Shown: positions 55,696-64,000 of the stretch, piece after piece
Layout: each line of letters starts with the position of its first letter
Position numbering within the stretch: the first letter of the stretch is position 1
NCBI GenBank assembly: GCA_046484135.1
Contig: JAWOBU010000269.1
Location: forward strand, 401 to 64,400
Origin: a bacterium
Lineage (GTDB): Bacteria; RBG-13-61-14; DATKZS01
Direction of reading: 5' to 3'
DNA length: 64,000 bases
Made by a program: the position numbers and the translations under genes
Notes under the pieces: generated by a model
Seen by the model: the letters and a program-made list of their open reading frames with translations, nothing else
What the model was told of the DNA's origin: nothing
The model's database searches: none

Positions 55696-58209
55696 TTATA
55701 TAAAGTCGCTCCCGTCCATCTGGATGTCGTCCTCGGGACCGCCTTCTTCCTTGCCGGCCTCGTCCATGCGGCGGTAGCCCTCCAGCATCAGGGACTCGTA
55801 GGACACGGTAATGAGCCGCTCGGATATCTCCGCGGTCGGGTCTATGGTAAAGGAGCCTTCGCTCCAGTAGAGAATCTGGTAAAAGGCCTCCTCGCCCTTA
55901 AGGTCGTCCACGGAAGCGTTTACCACCTGGCCGTCCTCCATGTCTATGGAACAGGATTTGCCGTTGTTCTCGAGAATGATCCGGCCGGTCTTCCGGCCGG
56001 CGCCCATGATCTGGATGATGTCCGGTAGCGCCATCTCGGAGAGGCTCCCGGAGACCCCCGCGGCTTTTGACTCGGTCTTCTTCTCACTCCGGAGCTTGGT
56101 CATCAGGTTGTTGATCTTGGCCGCCAGGATCTCGATCCGGACCGGCTTTATCATGTAGTCCTCGGCTCCCAGCCGGAAGCCCTTGGTAACGGAGTTGGAG
56201 TCGTCCTTGCTGGCCAGGAACAAGAAGGGCACGTCTTTGGTCTCCGGTTCTTGCTTTATCTTTTCGATGAACTCGAAGCCCGAGTAGTCGGGCAGGTCGG
56301 TCTCGGTAATGATCAAGGAAGGGTTTTCCGCGCTCGCCTTTTCCAGGGCGTCCTCCGCGGTCTTGGCGGTGGACACGTTGAATCCCATGTTCACCAGCCG
56401 GAGCTCGAGCAGGGTCAGCATCTCCATCTCGGTGTCAACCACCAGCACTTTCTCTTGCCCCTCGGAAATCTGCTGGAGGTAGATGTCGTCCCGGACCACG
56501 CCCATAAAGTAGTCCACCAGGTCGGGATCGAACAAGGACCCGGAGGCCTGCTTTATCTTTTCCAGGGCCGCGGTGGCCTCGAGCGGCTCCTGTCCGGAGG
56601 ACTTGTTGGTCAGGTCTTCAAAGGCCTCGACAATGGACAGCACCCGGGAACCCACCGGTATCTCCTCGCCCTTGAGGCCGTCGGGCAGACCGCTCCCGTC
56701 CCATTTCTCGTACTGGTGCTTGATCACGGGCTTGATATCAAAGGGGTACTTGGCGGAGGCCAGTAGTTTCAGCGGTATCTCGGTCTGCTCCATGAGCTGT
56801 TCGGGGTCGGTGTTTTTATCCACCTTGAAGGCGGACCAGTGATACATCCCCTTCTTGCCCAGGTCGTGTACGTAGCCGGCCAGGGCGATGGAATCAATCT
56901 CCTTTTGCAACAGGTCCAGCTTGGAGGCCAGGAGCCGGGAGTACTTGCCCACGTTATGGCTGTGGCCCCGCATGCCGCCGCTCTCCATCTCCAGAAGACC
57001 CACCAGTATGTCCAGGGTCTCCAGGAAGGAGGTCATCAGGTTCTTGTATTGCCTGGTCTCTCCGATTACCGCGGAAGCGTAGTCCTTGATGATACAGAGC
57101 TGTACCGCGGGGAACTGCTCGGCCATGCGGTTGGCGAACTCCTCGCCTTCCCCTAAGTCCTGCTCCTTTATTACCAGGGAATCGTACTCCTCGCTCTCCA
57201 AAGCCTCCACCGCTTCCTCCCGCGACTTGACGCCGTGCACGCGGAAGCCTTCCGTGTTGAAAAGCTTGACTATGAACTTCTTGATGTTTTCGTGGGACTC
57301 GACCACCAGCATCCGGAGGCGGTAACGCTTGGACTCCGACCGGCGGGACGGCTTCTGTTCCACCTCTTCTACCGACTGGACCTGTTCCGAGGCCTCGGAG
57401 CCTCCCACCGGCGACACCATGACCTCTTCCACGTTCTCCTCGGCACCGGAGTCCATGTCCTGGATGACCACCTGGTCCCGGGCCGTATTATCGTCCCCCG
57501 GCATGTCGGCCATCCCGCCCAGGAAAACGCCCTCTTCGTCCTCCGTGTCAGCGCCCAAGGATATCCGGTCGTCCTCCTCTGCCTCCTCTCCCTCGGGAAC
57601 TATCTCCACCTGCCCCTCGTCCTTGGAGGAAGAAACCAGTTGAGAGAGGTCCAGGGACTTGTCCTGCTCGCCCAGGTCCTGGGAAAAGCTGGACCCCTGC
57701 AGCTCGTATCCGGCCATGCCGTCCCCCGAACCCAGTATCCGGTTAAAGGCGGACTCGTCTTTTTTGTACCACTTGTCTATAGCGGCCTGGATGGCCTCCT
57801 CCATGCCCACCAGGGCCTTGACGGTGCCGATTCCGGAAACAAAGGTGACCTCGTCCACCGCGGCCACGTTCTGAGGGTTGGTCATCACGATGGTCAGGGT
57901 CTTCTCGCTGCGCTTGTACTGGACCGGGAACAGGCGGTGCTTCTCCGCCACGTTCTGGGGGACCATCTTCAAAACGATCTCGGGGACTTTTAACTCGGAG
58001 AGCTTCTTGGTGGTAAGGTACTGGGTATGGAACTGCTTGGCCAGAAGACGTAAAAGGTCGGACTCCTCGATGTAGCCGAACTCCATCAAGACTTCGCCTA
58101 TGGATTTGCCATAGGCCTGCTCCTGCGCCTGCAGAGCTTCCTGGAGCTGGGCTTCGGTTATAATGTTCTCCCGTAAAAGTATTTGCCCGATTTTTTGATC
58201 TTCCATCAT
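55696..58209 (-). CDS. Multidomain signalling protein: GspE-N/MshEN-like domain, REC-like, HD-GYP-type phosphodiesterase (variant HQYEKWDGSGLP), REC, C-terminal DUF4388
   Basis: N-terminus …ITEAQLQEALQAQEQAYGKSIGEVLMEFGYIEESDLLRLLAKQF… (T2SS-E N-terminal / MshEN-type). HD domain with …GYVHDLGKK…. Receiver domain with …FLFLASKDD…YMIKP…. Confidence 0.75.
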   Translation of the reverse strand: MMEDQKIGQILLRENIITEAQLQEALQAQEQAYGKSIGEVLMEFGYIEESDLLRLLAKQFHTQYLTTKKLSELKVPEIVLKMVPQNVAEKHRLFPVQYKRSEKTLTIVMTNPQNVAAVDEVTFVSGIGTVKALVGMEEAIQAAIDKWYKKDESAFNRILGSGDGMAGYELQGSSFSQDLGEQDKSLDLSQLVSSSKDEGQVEIVPEGEEAEEDDRISLGADTEDEEGVFLGGMADMPGDDNTARDQVVIQDMDSGAEENVEEVMVSPVGGSEASEQVQSVEEVEQKPSRRSESKRYRLRMLVVESHENIKKFIVKLFNTEGFRVHGVKSREEAVEALESEEYDSLVIKEQDLGEGEEFANRMAEQFPAVQLCIIKDYASAVIGETRQYKNLMTSFLETLDILVGLLEMESGGMRGHSHNVGKYSRLLASKLDLLQKEIDSIALAGYVHDLGKKGMYHWSAFKVDKNTDPEQLMEQTEIPLKLLASAKYPFDIKPVIKHQYEKWDGSGLPDGLKGEEIPVGSRVLSIVEAFEDLTNKSSGQEPLEATAALEKIKQASGSLFDPDLVDYFMGVVRDDIYLQQISEGQEKVLVVDTEMEMLTLLELRLVNMGFNVSTAKTAEDALEKASAENPSLIITETDLPDYSGFEFIEKIKQEPETKDVPFLFLASKDDSNSVTKGFRLGAEDYMIKPVRIEILAAKINNLMTKLRSEKKTESKAAGVSGSLSEMALPDIIQIMGAGRKTGRIILENNGKSCSIDMEDGQVVNASVDDLKGEEAFYQILYWSEGSFTIDPTAEISERLITVSYESLMLEGYRRMDEAGKEEGGPEDDIQMDGSDFI

Positions 58210-58400
58210 GGAAAAGCCTTGAGAAGCAGACTGCCCTCCCCCTGCCGATCGGATAATGCCCCTTACAATCGGTCGGTGTTTGTTAGTATATCATCAGCCC
58301 ATAATCCTCGCAACAGCCGAAAAACCTTCCTCAGAAAGGAAAACCACGGCTTCGGGGGCTGGAGATCAAGTTAGCATGGATAGCCGTTCATAAAAAGTAA

Positions 58401-58411
58401 GGGGGGGGGGG
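58401..58411. repeat. Homopolymeric G11 tract in the divergent promoter region between the signalling protein gene and the DsbA-like gene
   Basis: Read directly: gtaaGGGGGGGGGGGaat. Confidence 0.7.
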
Positions 58412-58537
58412 AATATTCGTCCCCCGGGATTTTGAACAGAACGGCGTAATGCGGTTTGACAGTTGCCCTCAATAAAGTTATTTTTCTTAAAACAGTATGA
58501 AAGAATGCGCACGAACCCACCAAAAAGGGAGAATGAA

Positions 58538-59479
58538 ATGGAAAATACTGCCTGGAACACAAAGCTGGTCTCGCGGCTTTCGATTGCATCGCTTCTGGTT
58601 GCGGTTGCGGTCCTGGCCGCGGGTTACTTTGCCGGATGCCGGAACTCTTCCGCGGACTCGGGCGGAGAGCGGGTCAAGGTGGTGCTGGAAGACGGGACCC
58701 CCCTGGCGGATCGGCTTGACAAGCTCGAGAGCGACATCGCCGAGCTCAAGTCCGGCTCGACCGGCGCTGCCGCCGGAGGGTGCGAGAATCTTGATAAGAG
58801 CCTTTCCGACTCGAACCAGAATCTCGTAAAAGAGGTACAGAAGTTACTCAAGAACCACAGTCTTATAAATATCAATCCCACTTACCCTCCTCTTCAGCTT
58901 TTCGACCTCAGTAAGCTGCCCAGCAAAGGCTCCAAGGACGCGCTGGTCACTATCATCGAGTTCTCCGATTTCCAGTGCCCTGCCTGCCGCCGCATGGCCC
59001 TTTACCTGGACAACCTGGTAAACAAGAACCAGGGCCAGGTGCGGCTGGTGTTCGTGGACCGCATTCTTCGGGCCGAGTACAGGGACGGATACCCCTTTCA
59101 TCCTTACGCCCTGATCGCCCACGAGGCGGCCGCGGAAGCACAGGTCCAGGGCAAGTTCTGGGACATGTACATCCACATCTTTAAGAACCAGAAGGCCCTG
59201 TTCCCGGCAAGGCCCAAGAGCGAAGAGGACTACGAGAAGAAAAAGAAACAGGTGCGGGAAAAACTCATTCAGGCCGCCGGAGAGCTCGACATGGACAAGG
59301 AGGCCATGCGGGAGGCCCTTTCCAACCATACTCACAGAGAAGCTCTTTTAGATACCAACGAGATGGCTAAGAAGATGGACATAAACTCCACGCCCACTGT
59401 CTGGAGCAGCGCCTTCTTCCGGACCAAGAACCCTCAGCAGGTGGTGGACATGATAAACCGGGCCACCGAGCTCAAGTAA
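58538..59479 (+). CDS. DsbA-family thioredoxin-fold protein (CPAC active site), membrane-anchored/periplasmic
   Basis: …IIEFSDFQCPACRRMA… and DsbA-like helical-insert spacing. ATG at 58538 behind an aagggag RBS. Confidence 0.75.
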   Translation: MENTAWNTKLVSRLSIASLLVAVAVLAAGYFAGCRNSSADSGGERVKVVLEDGTPLADRLDKLESDIAELKSGSTGAAAGGCENLDKSLSDSNQNLVKEVQKLLKNHSLININPTYPPLQLFDLSKLPSKGSKDALVTIIEFSDFQCPACRRMALYLDNLVNKNQGQVRLVFVDRILRAEYRDGYPFHPYALIAHEAAAEAQVQGKFWDMYIHIFKNQKALFPARPKSEEDYEKKKKQVREKLIQAAGELDMDKEAMREALSNHTHREALLDTNEMAKKMDINSTPTVWSSAFFRTKNPQQVVDMINRATELK

Positions 59480-59506
59480 GACAGCGCCCTGCCGGAAAAG
59501 GAGAGG

Positions 59507-61030
59507 ATGAAGATGAAAAAGGCCGCGCTATTTGCTGTCATTGCTTTGGCGGCCGCTGTCTGTTACTGCAAGCCGTCCCCTGATAAACCAGCACCCGAGC
59601 CCGCGGAACAGCCGGAAAAGGAACCGGCGCCCGCCCGGGTGCGACCGGCTGTTGCCGACGGTTCATCCCTGGCAGTCGTGTTCAAGTCCATCGAAAAAAA
59701 CCTGGACCGGCTCTCCCGGGAGGCCGAGCTTTTAAAACACAAGCCCTCGCTGAAGCGGGACAAAACCTATGAGTTCGACACCGCCGGGGCCCCCACTAAA
59801 GGCCCGGAGGACGCCGACATCAAGGTGGTGGCCTTTACCGACTTCGAATGTCCGGCCTGTGCCAAGTTTGCCTCCACCATGAAAAAGATCGTGAAAAAGT
59901 TCCCCGACCACGTGAGCATCACCGTCATGAACTTTCCCTTGAATAAAGAATGCAACCCTATGCTCGCAACCCGCATGCATCCCCGGGCCTGCTTCCTGGC
60001 CGAGCTCGCCATGGCTGCCCACGACCAGGAAAAGTACTGGACCATGCACGACTACATCTTTGGAAACCGCTCCCGCGTCCGGAGGGACAACATAAAGGAG
60101 TTCGCCAAACGCCACGGCATGGAGGGGGAGAAGCTTCTCCAGGCGGTGCAGGAGCACAAGTACAAGCAGAAAATCCAGGACCAGGCCCGGCAGCTTGCCA
60201 AGACCGGGAAGCGCGGGACCCCTGCGGTGTTCATTAACGGCATGGAGGTCAAAAAACCCGCCTGGCACAACGCCGAGAAAACCGAGAGCTTCATAAAAGA
60301 ACTGATAAGTCCCGAGCGGGAAGAGGAACCCGTGCAAAAGACGGTTTCGGACCCGGCTTCACTGCCTGCGGCCGCGGTGGTACTCGAGGACGGGACCTCT
60401 CTTGATGAGCGGCTCCGCCGTGTCCTCGACAAGCTGGAAAACATAAGACTCCGAAGAGAACGCGAATCATCCGCGACCTCCCGGCAGAGCAACCCGCGCG
60501 ACCCGGACAGGAAGTACCCCTTTCATCTCGAAAACCGGCCCGGCCTGGGGCCGGAAGACGCTCCGGTTACAGTAGTGGCCTTTCTGGACCTCCTCTCCGC
60601 CCACACCGAAAGGATGGTCCCCGTCCTTCGCGAGGTCCACAACGAGTATCCGGAAAAAGCAAGGATTGTCTTCAAGTTCAAGCCGCGCGCCCGCAGGGAC
60701 GTGGCGGGCGACGTTCACGTCATCGCGCTGGAAGCATGGCGGCAGGGCAAGTTCCACGAGCTTCTGGACCTGGTACTGGAACAAAGAAGGGACCTTACCG
60801 AGCAGGACCTCGCCAATCTCGCGAAAGAGGCCGGTCTGGACATGGAAGCCTATAAAAAGGCTTTGGATGACAACAAGGCCAGGAGACCTCTTATAAAGGA
60901 CCTCCAGGACGCCAGGCACGCCCGGGTAAAAAGGACCCCCGCCGTCTTCGTGAACGGCAAGTTTCTGCCCGAGGTGAACAAATCCTCAATCCTGGAAGCG
61001 ATCGAGAAGAAAGTTAATGGCGGTGATTAA
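59507..61030 (+). CDS. Lipoprotein with two tandem DsbA/thioredoxin-like domains (first CPAC-containing, second lacking CxxC)
   Basis: Lipobox-like MKMKKAALFAVIALAAAVCYC, then …FTDFECPACAKFA…. The second domain is …VVAFLDLLSAHTERMVP…. Confidence 0.7.
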   Translation: MKMKKAALFAVIALAAAVCYCKPSPDKPAPEPAEQPEKEPAPARVRPAVADGSSLAVVFKSIEKNLDRLSREAELLKHKPSLKRDKTYEFDTAGAPTKGPEDADIKVVAFTDFECPACAKFASTMKKIVKKFPDHVSITVMNFPLNKECNPMLATRMHPRACFLAELAMAAHDQEKYWTMHDYIFGNRSRVRRDNIKEFAKRHGMEGEKLLQAVQEHKYKQKIQDQARQLAKTGKRGTPAVFINGMEVKKPAWHNAEKTESFIKELISPEREEEPVQKTVSDPASLPAAAVVLEDGTSLDERLRRVLDKLENIRLRRERESSATSRQSNPRDPDRKYPFHLENRPGLGPEDAPVTVVAFLDLLSAHTERMVPVLREVHNEYPEKARIVFKFKPRARRDVAGDVHVIALEAWRQGKFHELLDLVLEQRRDLTEQDLANLAKEAGLDMEAYKKALDDNKARRPLIKDLQDARHARVKRTPAVFVNGKFLPEVNKSSILEAIEKKVNGGD

Positions 61031-61034
61031 AAAC

Positions 61035-61964
61035 ATGAAGAAAAAAATTCTTTTACTTTTCCTGGTCCCTGTTTTGCTTGTCGGAACCAATGCCGGCCCT
61101 TTACAGGCCGCAGAGGACGAGAGGGCCGCGTTGCAAAAATATCCCTCGCGGGAGACACAACGGCCCATTACCATGGGGAAACATCTTTACGAGACCAACC
61201 TGTCCATTAGCTCGCTTTCCACCGACCGGGCGTGGAACGAGGACGGCGAAGTAGTGGAGACCTACGGGCCCTATAACCTTTTTACTGCCGAGCTCATGAT
61301 ACGCTACGGGCTCTCCGAAAGCTGGCAGGTGTCGGCTACCCTGCCTTACATAACCGGCGAGATAGGAGAGACCACCGGCGGCTCCATCGGGGACATCCGG
61401 GCGGGGCTCGAATACGAGCTCTTTTTCGGTCCGCGTAACAGCATGAGCTTTGCCGCCGAGGCTTCCTACCCCAGCGGGCTGTCCGATTACCACTACGAGA
61501 TACTGGGTGAGGACCTGCGGGCGAAGAACTTTCGGACCGGGGACCCCGGCTATAACGTGTATCCGTCCATGGCCTACCGGTACCGCAGCGAGAGCTTCTC
61601 GTTCCGCTTGCGGGCCACCGGCGTGTTTACCGGCCCGGGCGAAATCCGTTTCAACCAGATACGGGGGTTCGAAAAAAACGTGGACATGGACCCGGGCGAC
61701 GGTTACCGGGCCAAAGTCGGCTTTTATTACCAGTTCCATGACAAGTGGGCCGGGGGACTGTTCGGCAGGTACGTAACGATCTCGGCGAGCGAGGTTGACG
61801 GCGAGAGCCTGGAGGACGACAATGAATTATTCGAAGCCAGGCCCTTCCTGGCGTATCAGCCCAATCAAAAGCTGGATGTTTCCCTGGGGGTCGGCGTTCC
61901 CGTCTACGGCAGGAACAACCCCTTGGGGTATCCGGTGCTGCTGGAAGTAAGAAGCAGGTTTTAA
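61035..61964 (+). CDS. Putative outer-membrane beta-barrel protein (signal peptide; C-terminal Phe)
   Basis: MKKKILLLFLVPVLLVGTNA signal, alternating amphipathic beta-strand pattern, and a terminal …LLEVRSRF. Confidence 0.5.
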   Translation: MKKKILLLFLVPVLLVGTNAGPLQAAEDERAALQKYPSRETQRPITMGKHLYETNLSISSLSTDRAWNEDGEVVETYGPYNLFTAELMIRYGLSESWQVSATLPYITGEIGETTGGSIGDIRAGLEYELFFGPRNSMSFAAEASYPSGLSDYHYEILGEDLRAKNFRTGDPGYNVYPSMAYRYRSESFSFRLRATGVFTGPGEIRFNQIRGFEKNVDMDPGDGYRAKVGFYYQFHDKWAGGLFGRYVTISASEVDGESLEDDNELFEARPFLAYQPNQKLDVSLGVGVPVYGRNNPLGYPVLLEVRSRF

Positions 61965-61971
61965 GGAGGAT

Positions 61972-63219
61972 ATGATGGAGTACTCCGACAGGTACAAGGG
62001 TTCTTATCAGTTGTTTGAAAGGGCCACCGAGGTCATCCCCGGAGGGATTCCCAGCCCCCGCACTCCCTACTTTCTGGTGTTCGGACAACAGCCCGTGTTT
62101 ATTGACCGGGCGGAAGGGGCAAAGCTCTGGGACGTGGACGGCCACGAGTACATTGATTACATGTGCGCCTATGGAGCGGTGTTCCTGGGATACAAGCACC
62201 CCGCGGTGGAAAAAGCTGTCCGCGAACAGTCGGAAAAAAGCAACTGCACCAGCCTGCCCAGCAGAAAATGGGTCGAGCTTGCCGAGTTCCTGGTGGACGA
62301 GGTCCCCATGGCGGACTGGTGCGTGTTCGCCAAGAACGGGTCGGACGTGACCTCACACGCCGCCATGGTCGCCAGGACCCACACCGACAAGCCCGGCATC
62401 GCCAGGGCACATCACGCCTACCACGGCCTCCATCACTGGTGCGTCGAGTCCCAGGTGGGAATACCGCCCGAGTACAAGGCCCACAATTACTTTTTCAACT
62501 ACAACGACATCGAGGACATGGAGGACGTGGTCGAGAAAAACAAGGACCAGCTCGCAGCCCTCTTCCTCACCCCGGTCGGACACTGGGCCCTCAAAGACCA
62601 GGAAGAGCCGGTCCCCGGCTTCATGGAAAAGGCCCGCGAGCTGTGCGACAAGCACGGCATGCTGCTCGTGATTGACGACATCCGTTGCGGCTTCCGCATT
62701 CAGTATGAAGGCACTCATGCCTACTACAGCAACATCGAACCGGACATCATCTCCTTCGGAAAAGCCATCGGAAACGGACACCCCCTGGCGGTCAACCTGG
62801 GAAAGAAAGAGTTCTTCGAGTCAGCCAAGAGGCTCTACTTCTCCGGCACCCACTTCTACTCCGCCGAGCCCATGGCAGCGGCCATGGCGTGCCTTAACGA
62901 GATCAAAGCATCCGGCGCCATCGAAAAGGTCCATAAGCTGGGCACCAGGCTCATGGAAGGGCTCCGCCAGGCCGGTAAAACCAACGGCTTCAACGTCTCC
63001 GTTACCGGACATCCCGCCATGCCCTACATCACCTTCGAGGACGACCAGAACCGTGAGAAAAACCGGGCCTTCTGCGCAGAGGCCGCCAAGCGGGGAGTGT
63101 TCTTCCACCCCCACCATAACTGGTTCGTAAGCGCCGCACTTACCGAAGAAGACATCGAGAAAACACTGGAAGCGTCCGAGCAGTCCTTTAAGGCGATGAA
63201 GGAGACATACGGCGGCTGA
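61972..63219 (+). CDS. Class-III (aspartate aminotransferase fold-type I) aminotransferase, glutamate-1-semialdehyde aminomutase-like
   Basis: …VIPGGIPSPRT…DVDGHEYIDY…, …LVIDDIRCGFRIQYEG… and …SFGKAIGNGHPLA (PLP lysine region). Confidence 0.8.
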   Translation: MMEYSDRYKGSYQLFERATEVIPGGIPSPRTPYFLVFGQQPVFIDRAEGAKLWDVDGHEYIDYMCAYGAVFLGYKHPAVEKAVREQSEKSNCTSLPSRKWVELAEFLVDEVPMADWCVFAKNGSDVTSHAAMVARTHTDKPGIARAHHAYHGLHHWCVESQVGIPPEYKAHNYFFNYNDIEDMEDVVEKNKDQLAALFLTPVGHWALKDQEEPVPGFMEKARELCDKHGMLLVIDDIRCGFRIQYEGTHAYYSNIEPDIISFGKAIGNGHPLAVNLGKKEFFESAKRLYFSGTHFYSAEPMAAAMACLNEIKASGAIEKVHKLGTRLMEGLRQAGKTNGFNVSVTGHPAMPYITFEDDQNREKNRAFCAEAAKRGVFFHPHHNWFVSAALTEEDIEKTLEASEQSFKAMKETYGG

Positions 63220-63552
63220 TCACTGTTTTACCCTGCCGTATCCAAGAGCGGGAGCTTCTCCTGCCTTTCGAAAACCTTCGGCATTTCCGCCGAGGATATC
63301 AGCAGAATCTAGAGGTCCGCCGAGCTCATAAAGGAAGGCCAATACGCCATGCTGACAGACCCCAACGTGGTTTACCCCCACAATAATTTCTTGCTCCTGA
63401 TGAAAATCTGCTCTGAAACAGACTTCTCAGTAACCAATATCTTGACAATATGAGCTTTCAACAAGCCGGAGGACAAATCACCCGAACCCCCAGGGATTTT
63501 GGAGGCATGGCTCCGGTGGCCCATGGCATGAGATGAAGGAGGTGTTTTTAGC

Positions 63553-64000
63553 ATGGAGAAAACGATATCGGGAGTCATAATCGAGTGTGTCATGGGAGAT
63601 ATCGCCTCGCAAACAGGGATTACCGCGGTTGTCAATGCCGCGAATGCTCAGCTCATGATAGGCGGAGGTGTGGCGGGTGCGATTCACCGTGCAGCGGGTC
63701 CGGGGCTTGCGGAAGAATGTCGTCCCTTAGCGCCCATCGAACCGGGCGAGGCGGTGATTACGGGCGGACACAATCTGCCCAACCAGTATGTCATTCACTG
63801 CCTGGGGCCTGTTTACGGCGCGGATAAACCGGAAGATGAGCTCCTTGCGAACTGCTATCGCAACGCCTTACAGCTCGCCGAAAAACATGGGATAGAATCG
63901 GTTGCGTTTCCTGCGATCTCCACCGGCGCGTTCGGGTATCCCCTGCAAGACGCGGCCGAGGTGGCATTCGGAACCATCATGGATATCGTTCCGAACCTGA
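63553..64000 (+). CDS. Macro-domain protein (O-acetyl-ADP-ribose deacetylase-like), 3'-partial at the window edge
   Basis: …VNAANAQLMIGGGVAGAIHRAAGP… and …VAFPAISTGAFGYP…. A gaaggagg RBS precedes the ATG. Confidence 0.7.
   Translation, partial: MEKTISGVIIECVMGDIASQTGITAVVNAANAQLMIGGGVAGAIHRAAGPGLAEECRPLAPIEPGEAVITGGHNLPNQYVIHCLGPVYGADKPEDELLANCYRNALQLAEKHGIESVAFPAISTGAFGYPLQDAAEVAFGTIMDIVPNL

Overview
This 64-kb window looks like a bacterial chromosomal segment of about 60% GC, with gene content that suggests a Deltaproteobacteria/Myxococcota-like organism. It is densely coding and unusually rich in structured interspersed repeats. Left to right it contains:

- **Left block (1 to ~20.3 kb).** A small Cys-rich-repeat protein, the first of three paralogous GT-C/GT39-like membrane glycosyltransferases, an ATP-grasp plus radical-SAM/SPASM pair, tRNA-Asp and tRNA-Val, rtcA, a stand-alone rplC with a near-consensus sigma70 promoter, an alpha/beta hydrolase, a translationally coupled carA–hypothetical–radical-SAM trio, a second GT-C membrane protein, and an adaptor–RND–RND efflux operon.
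- **Insertion element (20397..22523).** A ~2.1-kb IS-like element bounded by ~125-bp terminal inverted repeats. It carries two paralogous double-HTH-like ORFs and no recognisable transposase.
- **Middle block.** An orphan BrnA-like antitoxin, a beta-oxidation-like cluster (two acyl-CoA dehydrogenase paralogs, an SCP-x-type thiolase, an SDR), a 1.1-kb non-coding repeat-rich region, an EndoQ-like PHP domain fused to a UvrD-like helicase (1107 aa), and an ECF sigma / anti-sigma / periplasmic protein operon.
- **Right block.** An RRM protein, a 1637-aa alpha-2-macroglobulin with a CFEQ thioester variant, three tandem Hsp20 genes, the third GT39 paralog, a phased palindrome/direct-repeat array upstream of a Thi4-type thiazole synthase, MaoC and crotonase genes, dinB, an M28 peptidase frameshifted by a 41-bp tandem duplication, a GH20 hexosaminidase, an MshEN–HD-GYP–REC–DUF4388 signalling protein, DsbA-like proteins, an outer-membrane beta-barrel candidate, a class-III aminotransferase and a partial macro-domain gene.
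- **Repeat families.** At least three families recur in intergenic DNA: Rep-1 (~135 nt), Rep-2 (~130 nt, with a compensatory base change between copies) and Rep-3 (a 22-nt REP-like palindrome). A separate ~225-bp hairpin-rich MITE-like element sits at 23983..24207.

The most notable candidates are the transposase-less TIR-bounded element with paired HTH proteins, the EndoQ–UvrD fusion, the GTTGTGTGGG palindrome/iteron array, and the structured Rep-2 family. All calls rest on reading the sequence and recalling motifs; no database searches were run.
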